A DNA stretch of 64,000 bases from Eubacteriales bacterium (GTDB lineage Bacteria; Bacillota; Clostridia; Oscillospirales; JAAYXM01). The notes beneath the pieces are model-generated. The model was not told the DNA's origin. It saw only the letters and a program-made list of their open reading frames with translations, and made no database searches. The position numbers and the translations under genes were made by a program. The stretch is from assembly GCA_045546975.1 (NCBI GenBank), contig JAZQDV010000013.1, forward strand, positions 58,013 through 122,012, written 5' to 3'. The number at the start of each line of letters is the position of its first letter. The first letter of the stretch is position 1. Positions 52,299 through 61,286 of this stretch are shown here, piece after piece.

Positions 52299-53927
52299 TT
52301 ATTTAATATAGTTCCACGGATTTACATATCTTCCGTTTTTGTGGATCTCAAAGTGACAGTGGGGGCCTGAGCTGTTGCCCGTGCTTCCCATCTTCGCGAT
52401 CTGCTGTCCCTTAGCGACCTTCTGGCCTACCTTTACAAGTACCTTCGAGTTGTGAGCGTAGTACGTTTCAAGGCCGTTGCCGTGGTTGATAACGACAAGG
52501 TATCCCCAACCGCCGCGCTTCCAGCCTGCCCACGTTACCGTTCCGCCGTCTGCCGCGGAAATTCGTGTTCCGCTTGCTGCAGCAAAGTCAACACCCTTAT
52601 GCATACTGCCTCGGCGCATACCGTAGTTGGAGGAAATGATACCGCCGCTTACAGGACGCGAGAGCTTGCCTGTTGCAACCGTCTTCGGCGGAGTCTTTGT
52701 TCCGACGTGAACGACCTCGGTTACAGGGTTCTGTGTTACCGTGCTTGAAAGGATTTCACGCGAGACCTCTTTGTTGTCGACGTATGTTACGTCTGCAACA
52801 ACGCTTCTTGTACCAACGCGGCCGCGGACTACAACTTTTGATGAGCCTCTGTATATTGAGGAGTCATTTACCTTCTGTGTTTCATACGGAATAGTTTCAG
52901 TATAGTTTACGCGACGCACCGCCTCGACCGAGAGGAGCGGAACCTCCTTTGCGACCGTAACGCTGTCACCTGCGCGGAGTCTTCCCGAGCGGAGCGACGG
53001 GTTGAGGTCATAGATTGCCGCGGTCGTCATACCGTTTGCCTTTGCGATTTTTGAAACAGTATCGCCTGATTTTATTGTGTATGTCTTTGTTGAGCGTATC
53101 GTTGAGGTGAGCTTTTCGCGAATCTCCTCATAGGAGAGAAGCTTTGACGCGTCAACGTACTTTTGCGTAATCGCAACGTCCTGAGAAAAGCGCGCCTTTA
53201 CGTTCGGGTCGCTTGTGTATAAAAGCTCGTCGAGCATTTTCTGGAGAGTTGCGCGGTTACGACTTGCGCCGATAACCTCACCGTTTACCGTAATCGCATA
53301 GAGCTCGGAAACTTCATCTATCTGAGAGAAGAAGTATGAGCGGATAGCGTTTTTTGAAACAACCTTCTCGCGAGGAACGATACCAAGCTCGAATCTCACA
53401 GGTATTGTAACGCTGTACGGACGCTCTAAAATCTCACTTGCGCGATCTTCAACAAAGCTGACCGCTTCGTCGTATTCGGCGCGGCTGTACATATAGCCAA
53501 GCTCCTCGCCGTTTGCGATAATCTTGATACCAACGCTATAGAAGGTCGCGGAGATAATGAGAAGCGTGGTCGCAAGAAGCGTGAGAGAAAGAACGATTCT
53601 GTTCTTGCGGATTTGCATGAAAATAACCGTTGCCCTGTGCGCAAGGCAGCGCAAATCGTCGCGCAGGTTTATAAAGGTATCGCCCGAAATGCTCTTTACG
53701 ACGGCAAGAACAACGCCGAGCGGAGCAATAACCCTCGACTGGAAGGTCGTACCGAAAATAACTGCGCCGTGGACTATCTTTGTCGTAATAAATGAGAAGA
53801 ACTCAAAAACAGCGGCGAGGACAGAGAAGATAAGGCCTGAGAATTTATTCTGTTTTGAGAAAACTTCCGACACAACGGACGGAGCCGAAAGAACCGCGCT
53901 TTCCGATGCCTGTGTTTCCTTGGACAT
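52299..53927 (-). CDS. M23 family metallopeptidase with LysM and G5-like domains
   Basis: The C-terminus carries HKGVDFAA...YYAHNS...GSTGNSSGPHCHFEI. A LysM segment is KSGDTVSKIAKANGMTTAAIYDLNP. An N-terminal membrane region is present. Confidence 0.85.
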   Translation of the reverse strand: MSKETQASESAVLSAPSVVSEVFSKQNKFSGLIFSVLAAVFEFFSFITTKIVHGAVIFGTTFQSRVIAPLGVVLAVVKSISGDTFINLRDDLRCLAHRATVIFMQIRKNRIVLSLTLLATTLLIISATFYSVGIKIIANGEELGYMYSRAEYDEAVSFVEDRASEILERPYSVTIPVRFELGIVPREKVVSKNAIRSYFFSQIDEVSELYAITVNGEVIGASRNRATLQKMLDELLYTSDPNVKARFSQDVAITQKYVDASKLLSYEEIREKLTSTIRSTKTYTIKSGDTVSKIAKANGMTTAAIYDLNPSLRSGRLRAGDSVTVAKEVPLLSVEAVRRVNYTETIPYETQKVNDSSIYRGSSKVVVRGRVGTRSVVADVTYVDNKEVSREILSSTVTQNPVTEVVHVGTKTPPKTVATGKLSRPVSGGIISSNYGMRRGSMHKGVDFAAASGTRISAADGGTVTWAGWKRGGWGYLVVINHGNGLETYYAHNSKVLVKVGQKVAKGQQIAKMGSTGNSSGPHCHFEIHKNGRYVNPWNYIK

Positions 53928-54103
53928 CGCCTTATCCCTCGCTTTCTTTTCTGATTCTCTGAACAGTAGTTACAAAATGGTTACAGAGTAATTACATTAT
54001 AGCTTACTTCTGTAGTTATGTCAACTCTTTTTGTAACCGTGGGTTGAAATGCAAGTCCTTTTCTGCTAAAATACAGAAGAACTAATTTAGGGGGTAACTC
54101 TCT

Positions 54104-54754
54104 ATGAAGATAAAAGGTGCAATTTTTGATATGGACGGTACGCTCACCGATTCTATGTACGCGTGGAAAACAATCGGCAGCGAATACCTCAGAAGTCACG
54201 GCAAGGAACCAAAGGACGATGTTGACCGCCGCTTTTGCAGTATGAGTGTTTTTGAGGCGGTAAAGTTTCTGAAGGCAGAGTATGGCATTGAGGGTGACGA
54301 TGAGGAGATAATTGAGAGTATCGACAAAACGATAGAGTCAAAATATCTCTATGAGGTGCCGCTCAAAGAAGGGGTACCCGAATTTCTCGAGTTTTTACAC
54401 AGTCAGGGCGTTGTGATGTCAATTGCGACGGCAACGGATAAGTACATGGCAGACGCAGCCATCACAAGGCTTGGAATCCGTCATTATTTCAAGGACATCC
54501 TCACAAGCCACATCGTAGGTGTGGGAAAGGACCACCCGGACATCTTCTACCGCTCGGCTTCTCTTTTAGGAACAGAAGTTTCCGAAACCGCGGTCTTTGA
54601 GGACTCGGTAGTCGCGGTGAGAACCGCAAAGAAAGCAGGTTTTATCGTCGCAGGGCTTTATGACGATTCGTTTGCGTATGCAACCGATGAGGTAATTAAG
54701 CTTTCCGACGTTTTTGCAGAAAATATCCTCGACCTCAAAAGCTTCTTTGAATAG
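54104..54754 (+). CDS. HAD-IA family hydrolase
   Basis: Motif I is FDMDGTLTDS. The overall HAD pattern is present, with a late FEDS motif. Confidence 0.8.
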   Translation: MKIKGAIFDMDGTLTDSMYAWKTIGSEYLRSHGKEPKDDVDRRFCSMSVFEAVKFLKAEYGIEGDDEEIIESIDKTIESKYLYEVPLKEGVPEFLEFLHSQGVVMSIATATDKYMADAAITRLGIRHYFKDILTSHIVGVGKDHPDIFYRSASLLGTEVSETAVFEDSVVAVRTAKKAGFIVAGLYDDSFAYATDEVIKLSDVFAENILDLKSFFE

Positions 54755-54777
54755 AAAAAACAGCGTGTCATCTGACA

Positions 54778-54803
54778 CGCTGTTTATTTTTTACAGTGGA
54801 TTT
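54778..54803 (+). repeat. 26-bp direct repeat, left copy (duplicate of the rsmG 3' end and terminator tail)
   Basis: gctgtttattttttacagtggatttg is identical to 55501-55526. Confidence 0.9.
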
Positions 54804-54821
54804 GATTAAAAACACAATGAT

Positions 54822-55151
54822 TTACTTGCAGATAACAATCTCACACGGCTTTCCTGTTTTTTCGGCATATTTTATAACTGACAATGTACCTTTTGAACTT
54901 CCATTCCAAAATGCAATGATTTTATCTGAATAATCGACTATTTCTTTATTCCTTATAATAGGTGCTGCGCGACCATAAACGTCATATTGAGGCAGAAACA
55001 CGGTAAGTTTTATCCCATTTTCTTTTGCATATTCCGCGGCACAACAATCAACACCTACGGCACCGCCCGAAACAATTTCTTCAACATTTGAAATATATCT
55101 GCCAATATCAGATACAGTAACATTCCTTGACCCAACAATTGCAATCTTCAT
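54822..55151 (-). CDS. SLOG/DprA-like small Rossmann protein (DUF2493-like)
   Basis: About 110 aa. MKIAIVGSR...SGGAVGVDCCAAEYAKENG...IIAFWNGSSKGT has the GGAxGxD pattern of SLOG/LOG-Smf-like folds. The gene is AT-rich. Confidence 0.55.
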   Translation of the reverse strand: MKIAIVGSRNVTVSDIGRYISNVEEIVSGGAVGVDCCAAEYAKENGIKLTVFLPQYDVYGRAAPIIRNKEIVDYSDKIIAFWNGSSKGTLSVIKYAEKTGKPCEIVICK

Positions 55152-55175
55152 AAAAAACTCCAAGTAAATATTTTT

Positions 55176-55196
55176 GTATACTTAATATAAGTATAC
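55176..55196. promoter_or_regulatory. Perfect palindrome in the divergent promoter (candidate operator)
   Basis: gtatactta-ata-taagtatac is a perfect palindrome. A related imperfect copy (tcttaaaata tac ttatattaaga) lies at about 55221-55244. Confidence 0.5.
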
Positions 55197-55260
55197 TTAC
55201 AACATTATATCATAATATAATCTTAAAATATACTTATATTAAGATTTTTGAGGTTTTTTT

Positions 55261-55452
55261 ATGAGAAACAAAAACAATAAGCATATTGGAATCGAAATCG
55301 ACCCGGAGCTTCACTACAAGCTGCATTATATCTCAAAATACTACGGGCGTTCAGCAAACGGAGAAATTCTTTATTTGATAAGACAAGAAATAAAGGATTT
55401 TGAAAAAATAGAGGGAGAAATTGAAATTCCACAAATACTAAAAACAAATTGA
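55261..55452 (+). CDS. Ribbon-helix-helix (Arc/CopG-like) small DNA-binding protein
   Basis: 63 aa. IGIEIDPELHYKLHYISKYYGRSANGEILYLIRQEI fits a beta-strand plus two helices, as in RHH repressors. Confidence 0.5.
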   Translation: MRNKNNKHIGIEIDPELHYKLHYISKYYGRSANGEILYLIRQEIKDFEKIEGEIEIPQILKTN

Positions 55453-55500
55453 ATTTATTTTGCGGGATGTAAAACAGCACTTATGGTTTTTGCCATAAGT

Positions 55501-55526
55501 GCTGTTTATTTTTTACAGTGGATTTG
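55501..55526 (+). repeat. 26-bp direct repeat, right copy (overlaps the true rsmG stop codon)
   Basis: It is identical to 54778-54803. ttacagtggatttg encodes the rsmG C-terminus ...ANPL-stop on the minus strand. Confidence 0.9.
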
Positions 55527-56211
55527 CCTTTATTTTCGCAAAGCGGCGGGGGTATTTTGCGGGGGTGGGCGCAACCTTTCTGAAAATCAGTGCGGTATGG
55601 GTGATGTCCGTACCGTAGAGAGTATAGTCCGCGCGCTTTTCAAGCTCACCGCCGAGAAGTTTTATTCCCTTTTCTGCGCGGTTAAGCTCTTCATCACAGT
55701 TTGCGGATTTCATCGCGATAAAAACTCCGCCGACCTTGACGTACGGAAGGCAGAGCTCGGAGAGCATCGAGAGGTCCGCAACCGCGCGGGAAACGGCAAT
55801 GTCAAAGCTCTCTCTGTAGCCTTTTTCGTTTGCCTGCTCCTCTGCTCTTGCGTGTATGCATTCTACATCCGAAAGGGAAAGTGCATCACAAACGCCCTGC
55901 AGGAAGTTGATTCTCTTACCGAGACTGTCAAGAAGTGTAAGTGAAATATCACGGCAGCCGAGCTTCAGGGGGAGTCCCGGAAAGCCTGCGCCGCAACCGA
56001 CGTCTATAACACGCTTATTCTTAAAGTCATATAACCCGAGAAGTGCAAGGCAGTCTGCAAAGTGGCGGACTGCAACCTCGCTCTCTTCTGTAATTGCCGT
56101 GAGGTTCATAACCTTGTTTGTTTCAAGCAGCATATCGGAAAACGTGACAAAAGAAGAAGGCTCTGCATCAATTTTAAGGCTTTCAAGTATTTCGGAAACA
56201 AGCTTTTCCAT
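55513..56211 (-). CDS. rsmG: 16S rRNA (guanine527-N7)-methyltransferase RsmG
   Basis: The start MEKLVSEILESL lies 5 nt after the mnmG stop. The SAM motif is VIDVGCGAGFPGLPLK. Confidence 0.9.
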   Translation of the reverse strand: MEKLVSEILESLKIDAEPSSFVTFSDMLLETNKVMNLTAITEESEVAVRHFADCLALLGLYDFKNKRVIDVGCGAGFPGLPLKLGCRDISLTLLDSLGKRINFLQGVCDALSLSDVECIHARAEEQANEKGYRESFDIAVSRAVADLSMLSELCLPYVKVGGVFIAMKSANCDEELNRAEKGIKLLGGELEKRADYTLYGTDITHTALIFRKVAPTPAKYPRRFAKIKANPL

Positions 56212-56215
56212 AAAA

Positions 56216-58090
56216 CTACTCACCTTTCCTGCTTTTAATATAGAGAAGAAGTGCCGCGATATCCGCAGGGCTGACGCCTGAGATTCGCGATGCCTGACCG
56301 ACGGATTTCGGCTGAATCTTTGAAAGCTTCTGCCGTGCTTCCGTGCGAAGGCCCATAAGCGACATATAGTCAATATCCTCGGGGATGAGCTTTTCTTCAA
56401 GACGGGAAAACTGCTCTATCTGCGCTTCCTGACGCTTGATATAGCCATCGTACTTGAGCGATATTTCAACGCTTTCCGAAACATCGCGAGGCAAGTCTTT
56501 GCGCGTTTTGTCAAACGGTGCGACCGACGCATACGAAAGCTGCGGTCTTCTCACAAGGTCTGAGATTTTTACGCCCGTCGAAATCCGTGTAGTCCCCGCT
56601 TTTTCGAGAAACTCATTTATTTCATTACCCGGCGGGGCAACAGTCTTTTCAAGGCGTGCAAGCTCGCGCTCTATCGCCTCACGTTTTTTTAACATTCGCT
56701 GGTACTTCTCCTCACTCACAAGGCCTATCTCATATCCGAGCTCCGTAAGGCGAAGGTCCGCGTTGTCCTGGCGGAGATACAAGCGGTATTCCGAGCGCGA
56801 GGTCATCATACGGTAAGGCTCGTTTGTGCCCTTGGTGACAAGGTCGTCGATAAGTGTGCCGATATACGCCATCGAGCGTGAGAGGACAAACGGGTCTTTT
56901 CCCGAGAGGAGTCTTGCCGCGTTTATACCTGCTATAAGCCCTTGCGCTGCCGCCTCTTCATAACCCGACGAGCCGCAGAACTGACCTGCACCGAAAAGTC
57001 CGGAAATGCCCTTTACCTCAAGCGAGCTTTTAAGCGCGAGCGGGTCGATACAGTCATACTCAATAGCATACGCAAAGCGCATAACCTTTGCCTTTTCAAG
57101 TCCGCGTATCGAGTGGATTATAAGGAGCTGAATGTCCTCGGGAAGAGAGGACGAAAGCCCCTGAATATACATTTCCTCCGTGTTGAGTCCCATCGGCTCA
57201 ATAAAGAGCTGATGTCTCTCCTTTTCCGCAAAGCGCACAACCTTGTCCTCAATTGACGGGCAGTATCTCGGGCCGACACCCTGTATGTTGCCCGAAAAAA
57301 GCGGTGAGCGGTGGAGATTTTCGCGGATAATCCTGTGCGTATCTGCGTTTGTGTATGTAAGGTGGCATATCGCACGGTTTTTGATTTCGTGAGTTGTGTC
57401 AAAGGAAAACGGATAGATATCCTCGTCACCGTACTGCGGCTCCATTGCTGAAAAGTCCACAGTTCTGGCGTTGATTCGAGGCGGGGTCCCCGTCTTGAAG
57501 CGGCGGAGAGGAAGCCCGTGCTTTATGAGGCTTTCCGTAAGACGTGTTGCAGCAAACATTCCGTCAGGTCCGCCCTCGCGAGAGGTCTCTCCCACGGTCG
57601 TTCTTCCGCCAAGATAAGTGCCCGTTGCGATTATGCAGGCGCGCACCTCATATCTTCCGCCCGTTGCGGTGAGAACAGAGGTGACTTTTCCGCCATCTAT
57701 ACCAATATCGATAATCTCTGCCTGTATAAGGTCAAGGTTTTCCTGGCTTTCAAGAGCATGCTTCATACGTGCCTGATAAGCGCGTCTGTCTGCCTGCGCG
57801 CGAAGTGAATATACTGCAGGACCTTTGCCGCGGTTGAGCATACGGTACTGTATGCACGTATCGTCAGATGCGCGCGCCATCTCGCCGCCGAGCGCGTCAA
57901 TCTCGCGCACGAGGTGTCCCTTTGCCGTACCACCTATTGCAGGGTTGCAGGGCATATTTCCGACGGAGTCGAGATTTATGGCAAAGCACGCAACGCTCAT
58001 GCCGAGTCTTGCAGCGGAAAGCGCCGCTTCAATGCCTGCATGTCCTGCGCCGATGACCGCTATATCATATTTTCCTGCAAAGTATTCCAT
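56216..58090 (-). CDS. mnmG: tRNA uridine 5-carboxymethylaminomethyl modification enzyme MnmG
   Basis: The start is MEYFAGKYDIAVIGAGHAGIEAA (FAD fold). Family motifs run throughout. Confidence 0.95.
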   Translation of the reverse strand: MEYFAGKYDIAVIGAGHAGIEAALSAARLGMSVACFAINLDSVGNMPCNPAIGGTAKGHLVREIDALGGEMARASDDTCIQYRMLNRGKGPAVYSLRAQADRRAYQARMKHALESQENLDLIQAEIIDIGIDGGKVTSVLTATGGRYEVRACIIATGTYLGGRTTVGETSREGGPDGMFAATRLTESLIKHGLPLRRFKTGTPPRINARTVDFSAMEPQYGDEDIYPFSFDTTHEIKNRAICHLTYTNADTHRIIRENLHRSPLFSGNIQGVGPRYCPSIEDKVVRFAEKERHQLFIEPMGLNTEEMYIQGLSSSLPEDIQLLIIHSIRGLEKAKVMRFAYAIEYDCIDPLALKSSLEVKGISGLFGAGQFCGSSGYEEAAAQGLIAGINAARLLSGKDPFVLSRSMAYIGTLIDDLVTKGTNEPYRMMTSRSEYRLYLRQDNADLRLTELGYEIGLVSEEKYQRMLKKREAIERELARLEKTVAPPGNEINEFLEKAGTTRISTGVKISDLVRRPQLSYASVAPFDKTRKDLPRDVSESVEISLKYDGYIKRQEAQIEQFSRLEEKLIPEDIDYMSLMGLRTEARQKLSKIQPKSVGQASRISGVSPADIAALLLYIKSRKGE

Positions 58091-58100
58091 AAAATCTTCC

Positions 58101-58688
58101 TTATTTATATAATAGAGCGCGCGCGTATTTTGAGCGCGGCTCATCCGCGAGGTCAAGGTCGCGTTTGATTTTATCGCCTATAAAGAGAAGCTCTGCAACT
58201 TCCCCGTCGCAAATCTCAAGCTCGAGCTCCGAAAACGGAGTTTTGTCGTTAAAGCTACCCTCATCGTATGAGAGGACAAACGAAAGGGAGTTGATTTTAA
58301 CCGTCACCTCATGCCGCACAAAGGAAACCTTTGCTACGGTATGAAGCTGTTTCCCGATAAAATCACCCGTCGGAGCACCAACATCCCGAAGTTTTTCCAT
58401 TGCAGATGAAAAATCGTCCGTTATAGCACACCACTCACCGCGCTCTGAGAATGCGCCGCTTCTTGACTTTGACTGCTTTGCATAGAATATGCTCTTGCCG
58501 TTCTCAAATCTTCGACGGAGCGTTATCCCTCTCTCGCGCGCAAGGTTATCCTCAGTGTCGAGATATTCCGTCGTCATTTCAAAACGGCGGAGACTGCCCG
58601 AGTTGTCGCGGATGTAGGGAAGGTCAAAAAGTGACTCTTTTGAAAAATCACCGTTCGGTACATATTTAAGTTCAATCTCTCGTCCCAT
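58101..58688 (-). CDS. CYTH domain protein (triphosphate tunnel metalloenzyme family)
   Basis: 195 aa with the N-terminal EIELKY (ExExK signature), basic residues RRR on later strands and a C-terminal ELELEI. Confidence 0.75.
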   Translation of the reverse strand: MGREIELKYVPNGDFSKESLFDLPYIRDNSGSLRRFEMTTEYLDTEDNLARERGITLRRRFENGKSIFYAKQSKSRSGAFSERGEWCAITDDFSSAMEKLRDVGAPTGDFIGKQLHTVAKVSFVRHEVTVKINSLSFVLSYDEGSFNDKTPFSELELEICDGEVAELLFIGDKIKRDLDLADEPRSKYARALLYK

Positions 58689-58690
58689 TT

Positions 58691-60922
58691 CTACTCCCTC
58701 CCAAGAAATATTGAAGGAATCATAAGGACAAGCTCAAAGACCGTAAGATATCCAAAGGTTATCCACGATGCCAGCGTTTCCGAAACCATAAAATAGCTCA
58801 TTGAGAGCTTCCACACAAACGGAGCAAGAACGCCGATAACAATACCGAGCACAAGAAGGAGAATTCCCTTAACTTCTCCCCCGCGCGCCGCTCTTGAAAT
58901 GGCAAATACGGGGAAGGTATCGGTGATAAGGTTTATAAGAAGAATCTGCAAAGCGCCGAGCGGGAAGCCGAAGCCACAGAGAAGCGAGAGAAGAACCGCA
59001 ACAACCTCGCTGACGTTTGTAGCAAGAAGATATGCCTTTGCGCGCTCGCCGGATGAACGTATGCGCTTTCCGAGGTATATCGCGCGATCTGCCGAGGTCG
59101 TACCGTCGAAAACGATATCACTTGCGTTTTTCGCAGCATCTTTTGCCCGAACGGATGAAATGCCGACAGATGCGGCAGACAGCGCCGCTGCATCGGATGA
59201 ATCCTCACCGAGCATGCACACGGTTTTTCCCATATCCTCAAGTATGCTTATAATTCTTGCTTTATCCGAAGGAGAGAGCCCTGCAAAAACGCAGACGGAA
59301 GAAAGTGCGCGGCGGATTTCTATATTCTCCATACGCATAACATCGCGTCCGAGCAGGATATTGTCGCTCTTAATACCGAGCATAGATGCGCCAAGGCGCG
59401 CGCGTATAGCGTCCGAGCAGGTGAGAAGGTATGTGCGCACCCGTGACGCATGGAGCTTCTTCACATCAGGGTTTGTTTCCTCGCCCGAATCCGCACTCGT
59501 TGCGGCAATGCCGAGGAATACGAGGTTCGTGTCGCACGGCACGTCATCGCCCGAGCGCATACCGATAGCGGTCAGATGATAGCCCTCACGCGTGAGGGCG
59601 CGGATGTTTTCGTTTATCTCTTCGCGGTCGAAGTCCGTAAGTGAGCGGATTTTTCCAAGGTCCCAGATTTTTTTTGAGCGGTATAAAATTTCCTCCGCAT
59701 CGCCGCCCGTGTAGGAAACTGTCATATTCCCCGTGCGGTGGAGAGAGGTATAAACCTCGCCCATGAGCTCACCGAGCTTTGGGAAAGCCTCGCGGACAGA
59801 GGCCTCATCACATCTGTGGGAGGCATAAGAGGAAAGCGACGGAGAAAGCGCGTCACACAGGAGAAGACCATAGATAAACGGCGTTGTATCCTCATCTTCA
59901 GGCTTGTGTATGCGTCCGTTTGTGTATGTTTTGGAAACTCCGAGATGCGGAATGTCCGTAATAAAAACGGAGGTATCCCCGAGCGTTTCAATGCTCTTCA
60001 TATCTTTTGCAGAAAATCCGAAGTGTCGGAGCAGTTCCGCGCCCCTTGAAAGTGCGGTAAGTGCTGAGGTGTAGATGCTCTCAGGGAATATTGCACACGC
60101 AAGTGCAAGCGTGAGGAGAACGGTCGAAAAAAGTGACTCTCCGTATATGAGAGACACGATAAATATAACAAGTGCAGAAAACGCTGTCCAGGTACTTGCA
60201 CGGCGGACAGTTGCGTTTGCTGATTTGAATACGGGGGATACTTCCTTTTGCGGTGAGTTTATGTTTCGTGTTCTTCTTGAAAGCTCGGTTGACATACCCG
60301 TTGCGACAACAACTCCCTCGGCGCGGCCACGTGCAACTATCGTGCCGGCAAAGGCGCAGTTTGTGCGCTCTGAAAGAGGGGTTTTTGCGGGAAGCACCTC
60401 GTCTGCGTTCTTCCTTGCACTGTCGCTGCCGCCGATAGCACTCTCGTCGAGATAGAGGTGGTCGGTTGAGATAAGACGAAGGTCTGCAGGAACAACGCGC
60501 CCGGGCTTTAAGGTAACAATATCGCCGACGACCAGGCTGCTTGATGAGAGAATCATCTTCGCACCGTTTCGCAGTACTGTCGCGTTTGTAACGGAGTCGT
60601 TCACCGCAGAGGATATAACCCTGTATGCGCGTCGGCGCACCTCGGCGGAGAAGATGATGTTGAGAACAACAACCGCGAGGATTAAAACCGCCTCAATAAA
60701 TCCGCCGAGAAGTGCGGAGATAACGGATGAAGCGATGAGCATATATAATACAGGGCGGCTCACCGCGCTCTTTGCAAACTTAAAGAACGACGAATTGTCC
60801 GTAGGCCTACGGGATTCCGCTCCGCGAAGAGAAGCTTCCTTGTCCGAAAGCCCCGTTTCGGGGTTTGTATCAAGGGAAGCAAGTATTTCATTTACAGGTA
60901 GCTTGTGATACAAGGAAACCAC
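58691..60922 (-). CDS. P-type ATPase homologue with degenerate catalytic motifs
   Basis: 743 aa with a Cation_ATPase_N-like start (LPVNEILASLDTNPETGLSDKEA). At the aligned positions TGES reads GGSD, DKTGT reads DIPHL, TGD reads CSD and GDGxND reads GEDSSD. Confidence 0.7.
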   Translation of the reverse strand: MVSLYHKLPVNEILASLDTNPETGLSDKEASLRGAESRRPTDNSSFFKFAKSAVSRPVLYMLIASSVISALLGGFIEAVLILAVVVLNIIFSAEVRRRAYRVISSAVNDSVTNATVLRNGAKMILSSSSLVVGDIVTLKPGRVVPADLRLISTDHLYLDESAIGGSDSARKNADEVLPAKTPLSERTNCAFAGTIVARGRAEGVVVATGMSTELSRRTRNINSPQKEVSPVFKSANATVRRASTWTAFSALVIFIVSLIYGESLFSTVLLTLALACAIFPESIYTSALTALSRGAELLRHFGFSAKDMKSIETLGDTSVFITDIPHLGVSKTYTNGRIHKPEDEDTTPFIYGLLLCDALSPSLSSYASHRCDEASVREAFPKLGELMGEVYTSLHRTGNMTVSYTGGDAEEILYRSKKIWDLGKIRSLTDFDREEINENIRALTREGYHLTAIGMRSGDDVPCDTNLVFLGIAATSADSGEETNPDVKKLHASRVRTYLLTCSDAIRARLGASMLGIKSDNILLGRDVMRMENIEIRRALSSVCVFAGLSPSDKARIISILEDMGKTVCMLGEDSSDAAALSAASVGISSVRAKDAAKNASDIVFDGTTSADRAIYLGKRIRSSGERAKAYLLATNVSEVVAVLLSLLCGFGFPLGALQILLINLITDTFPVFAISRAARGGEVKGILLLVLGIVIGVLAPFVWKLSMSYFMVSETLASWITFGYLTVFELVLMIPSIFLGRE

Positions 60923-61015
60923 CTCCTCACATTAAATTATATATGTAAACAAAGAGAGTGTCAAGAAAAGGAGAGGGAGAAAGTTGCAAACACCCTCACC
61001 CTTCTGAGCCACACA

Positions 61016-61052
61016 AAAAAACATCCCACCCTGGAATAGGTGAGATGTTTTC
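61016..61052 (-). terminator. Terminator downstream of the tRNA-Thr/tRNA-Tyr pair
   Basis: On the minus strand the hairpin aacatctcacc...ggtgggatgtt is followed by a T-run. Confidence 0.6.
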
Positions 61053-61055
61053 TTG

Positions 61056-61141
61056 TGGTGGAGGAGGGTGGATTCGGACCACCGAAGTCGAAAGACAACA
61101 GATTTACAGTCTGCCCCCTTTGGCCACTCGGGAACTCCTCC
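61056..61141 (-). tRNA. tRNA-Tyr (anticodon GTA), long variable arm
   Basis: The reverse complement reads ggaggagttcccgagtggccaaagggggcagactGTAaatctg...ggtggtccgaatccaccctcctccacca. Acceptor is ggaggag/ctcctcc. 86 nt. Confidence 0.85.
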
Positions 61142-61149
61142 ATATTTGC

Positions 61150-61225
61150 TGGAGCTGGTAATAGGACTTGAACCTACAACCTGCTGATTACAAATCAGCT
61201 GCTCTGCCAGTTGAGCTATACCAGC
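61150..61225 (-). tRNA. tRNA-Thr (anticodon TGT)
   Basis: The reverse complement reads gctggtatagctcaactggcagagcagctgattTGTaatcagcaggttgtaggttcaagtcctattaccagctcca. The cloverleaf folds cleanly. 76 nt. Confidence 0.85.
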
Positions 61226-61286
61226 ATTTTTAACAGCCTATAAATAATATCAAAAATAACTGCATTTGTCAACAGTTTTTTTAAAA

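Noticed and set aside
58899-59579. A 226-aa plus-strand ORF inside the P-type ATPase-like gene. Similar antisense ORFs lie at 24572-25222, 5932-6525, 6785-7267, 40608-41096, 45123-45626 and 62567-63100.
   Set aside because: Each is antisense to a long ORF with clear family motifs. Their composition (Ser/Arg/Pro/Ala-rich) is what is expected from reverse-frame reading of coding DNA.
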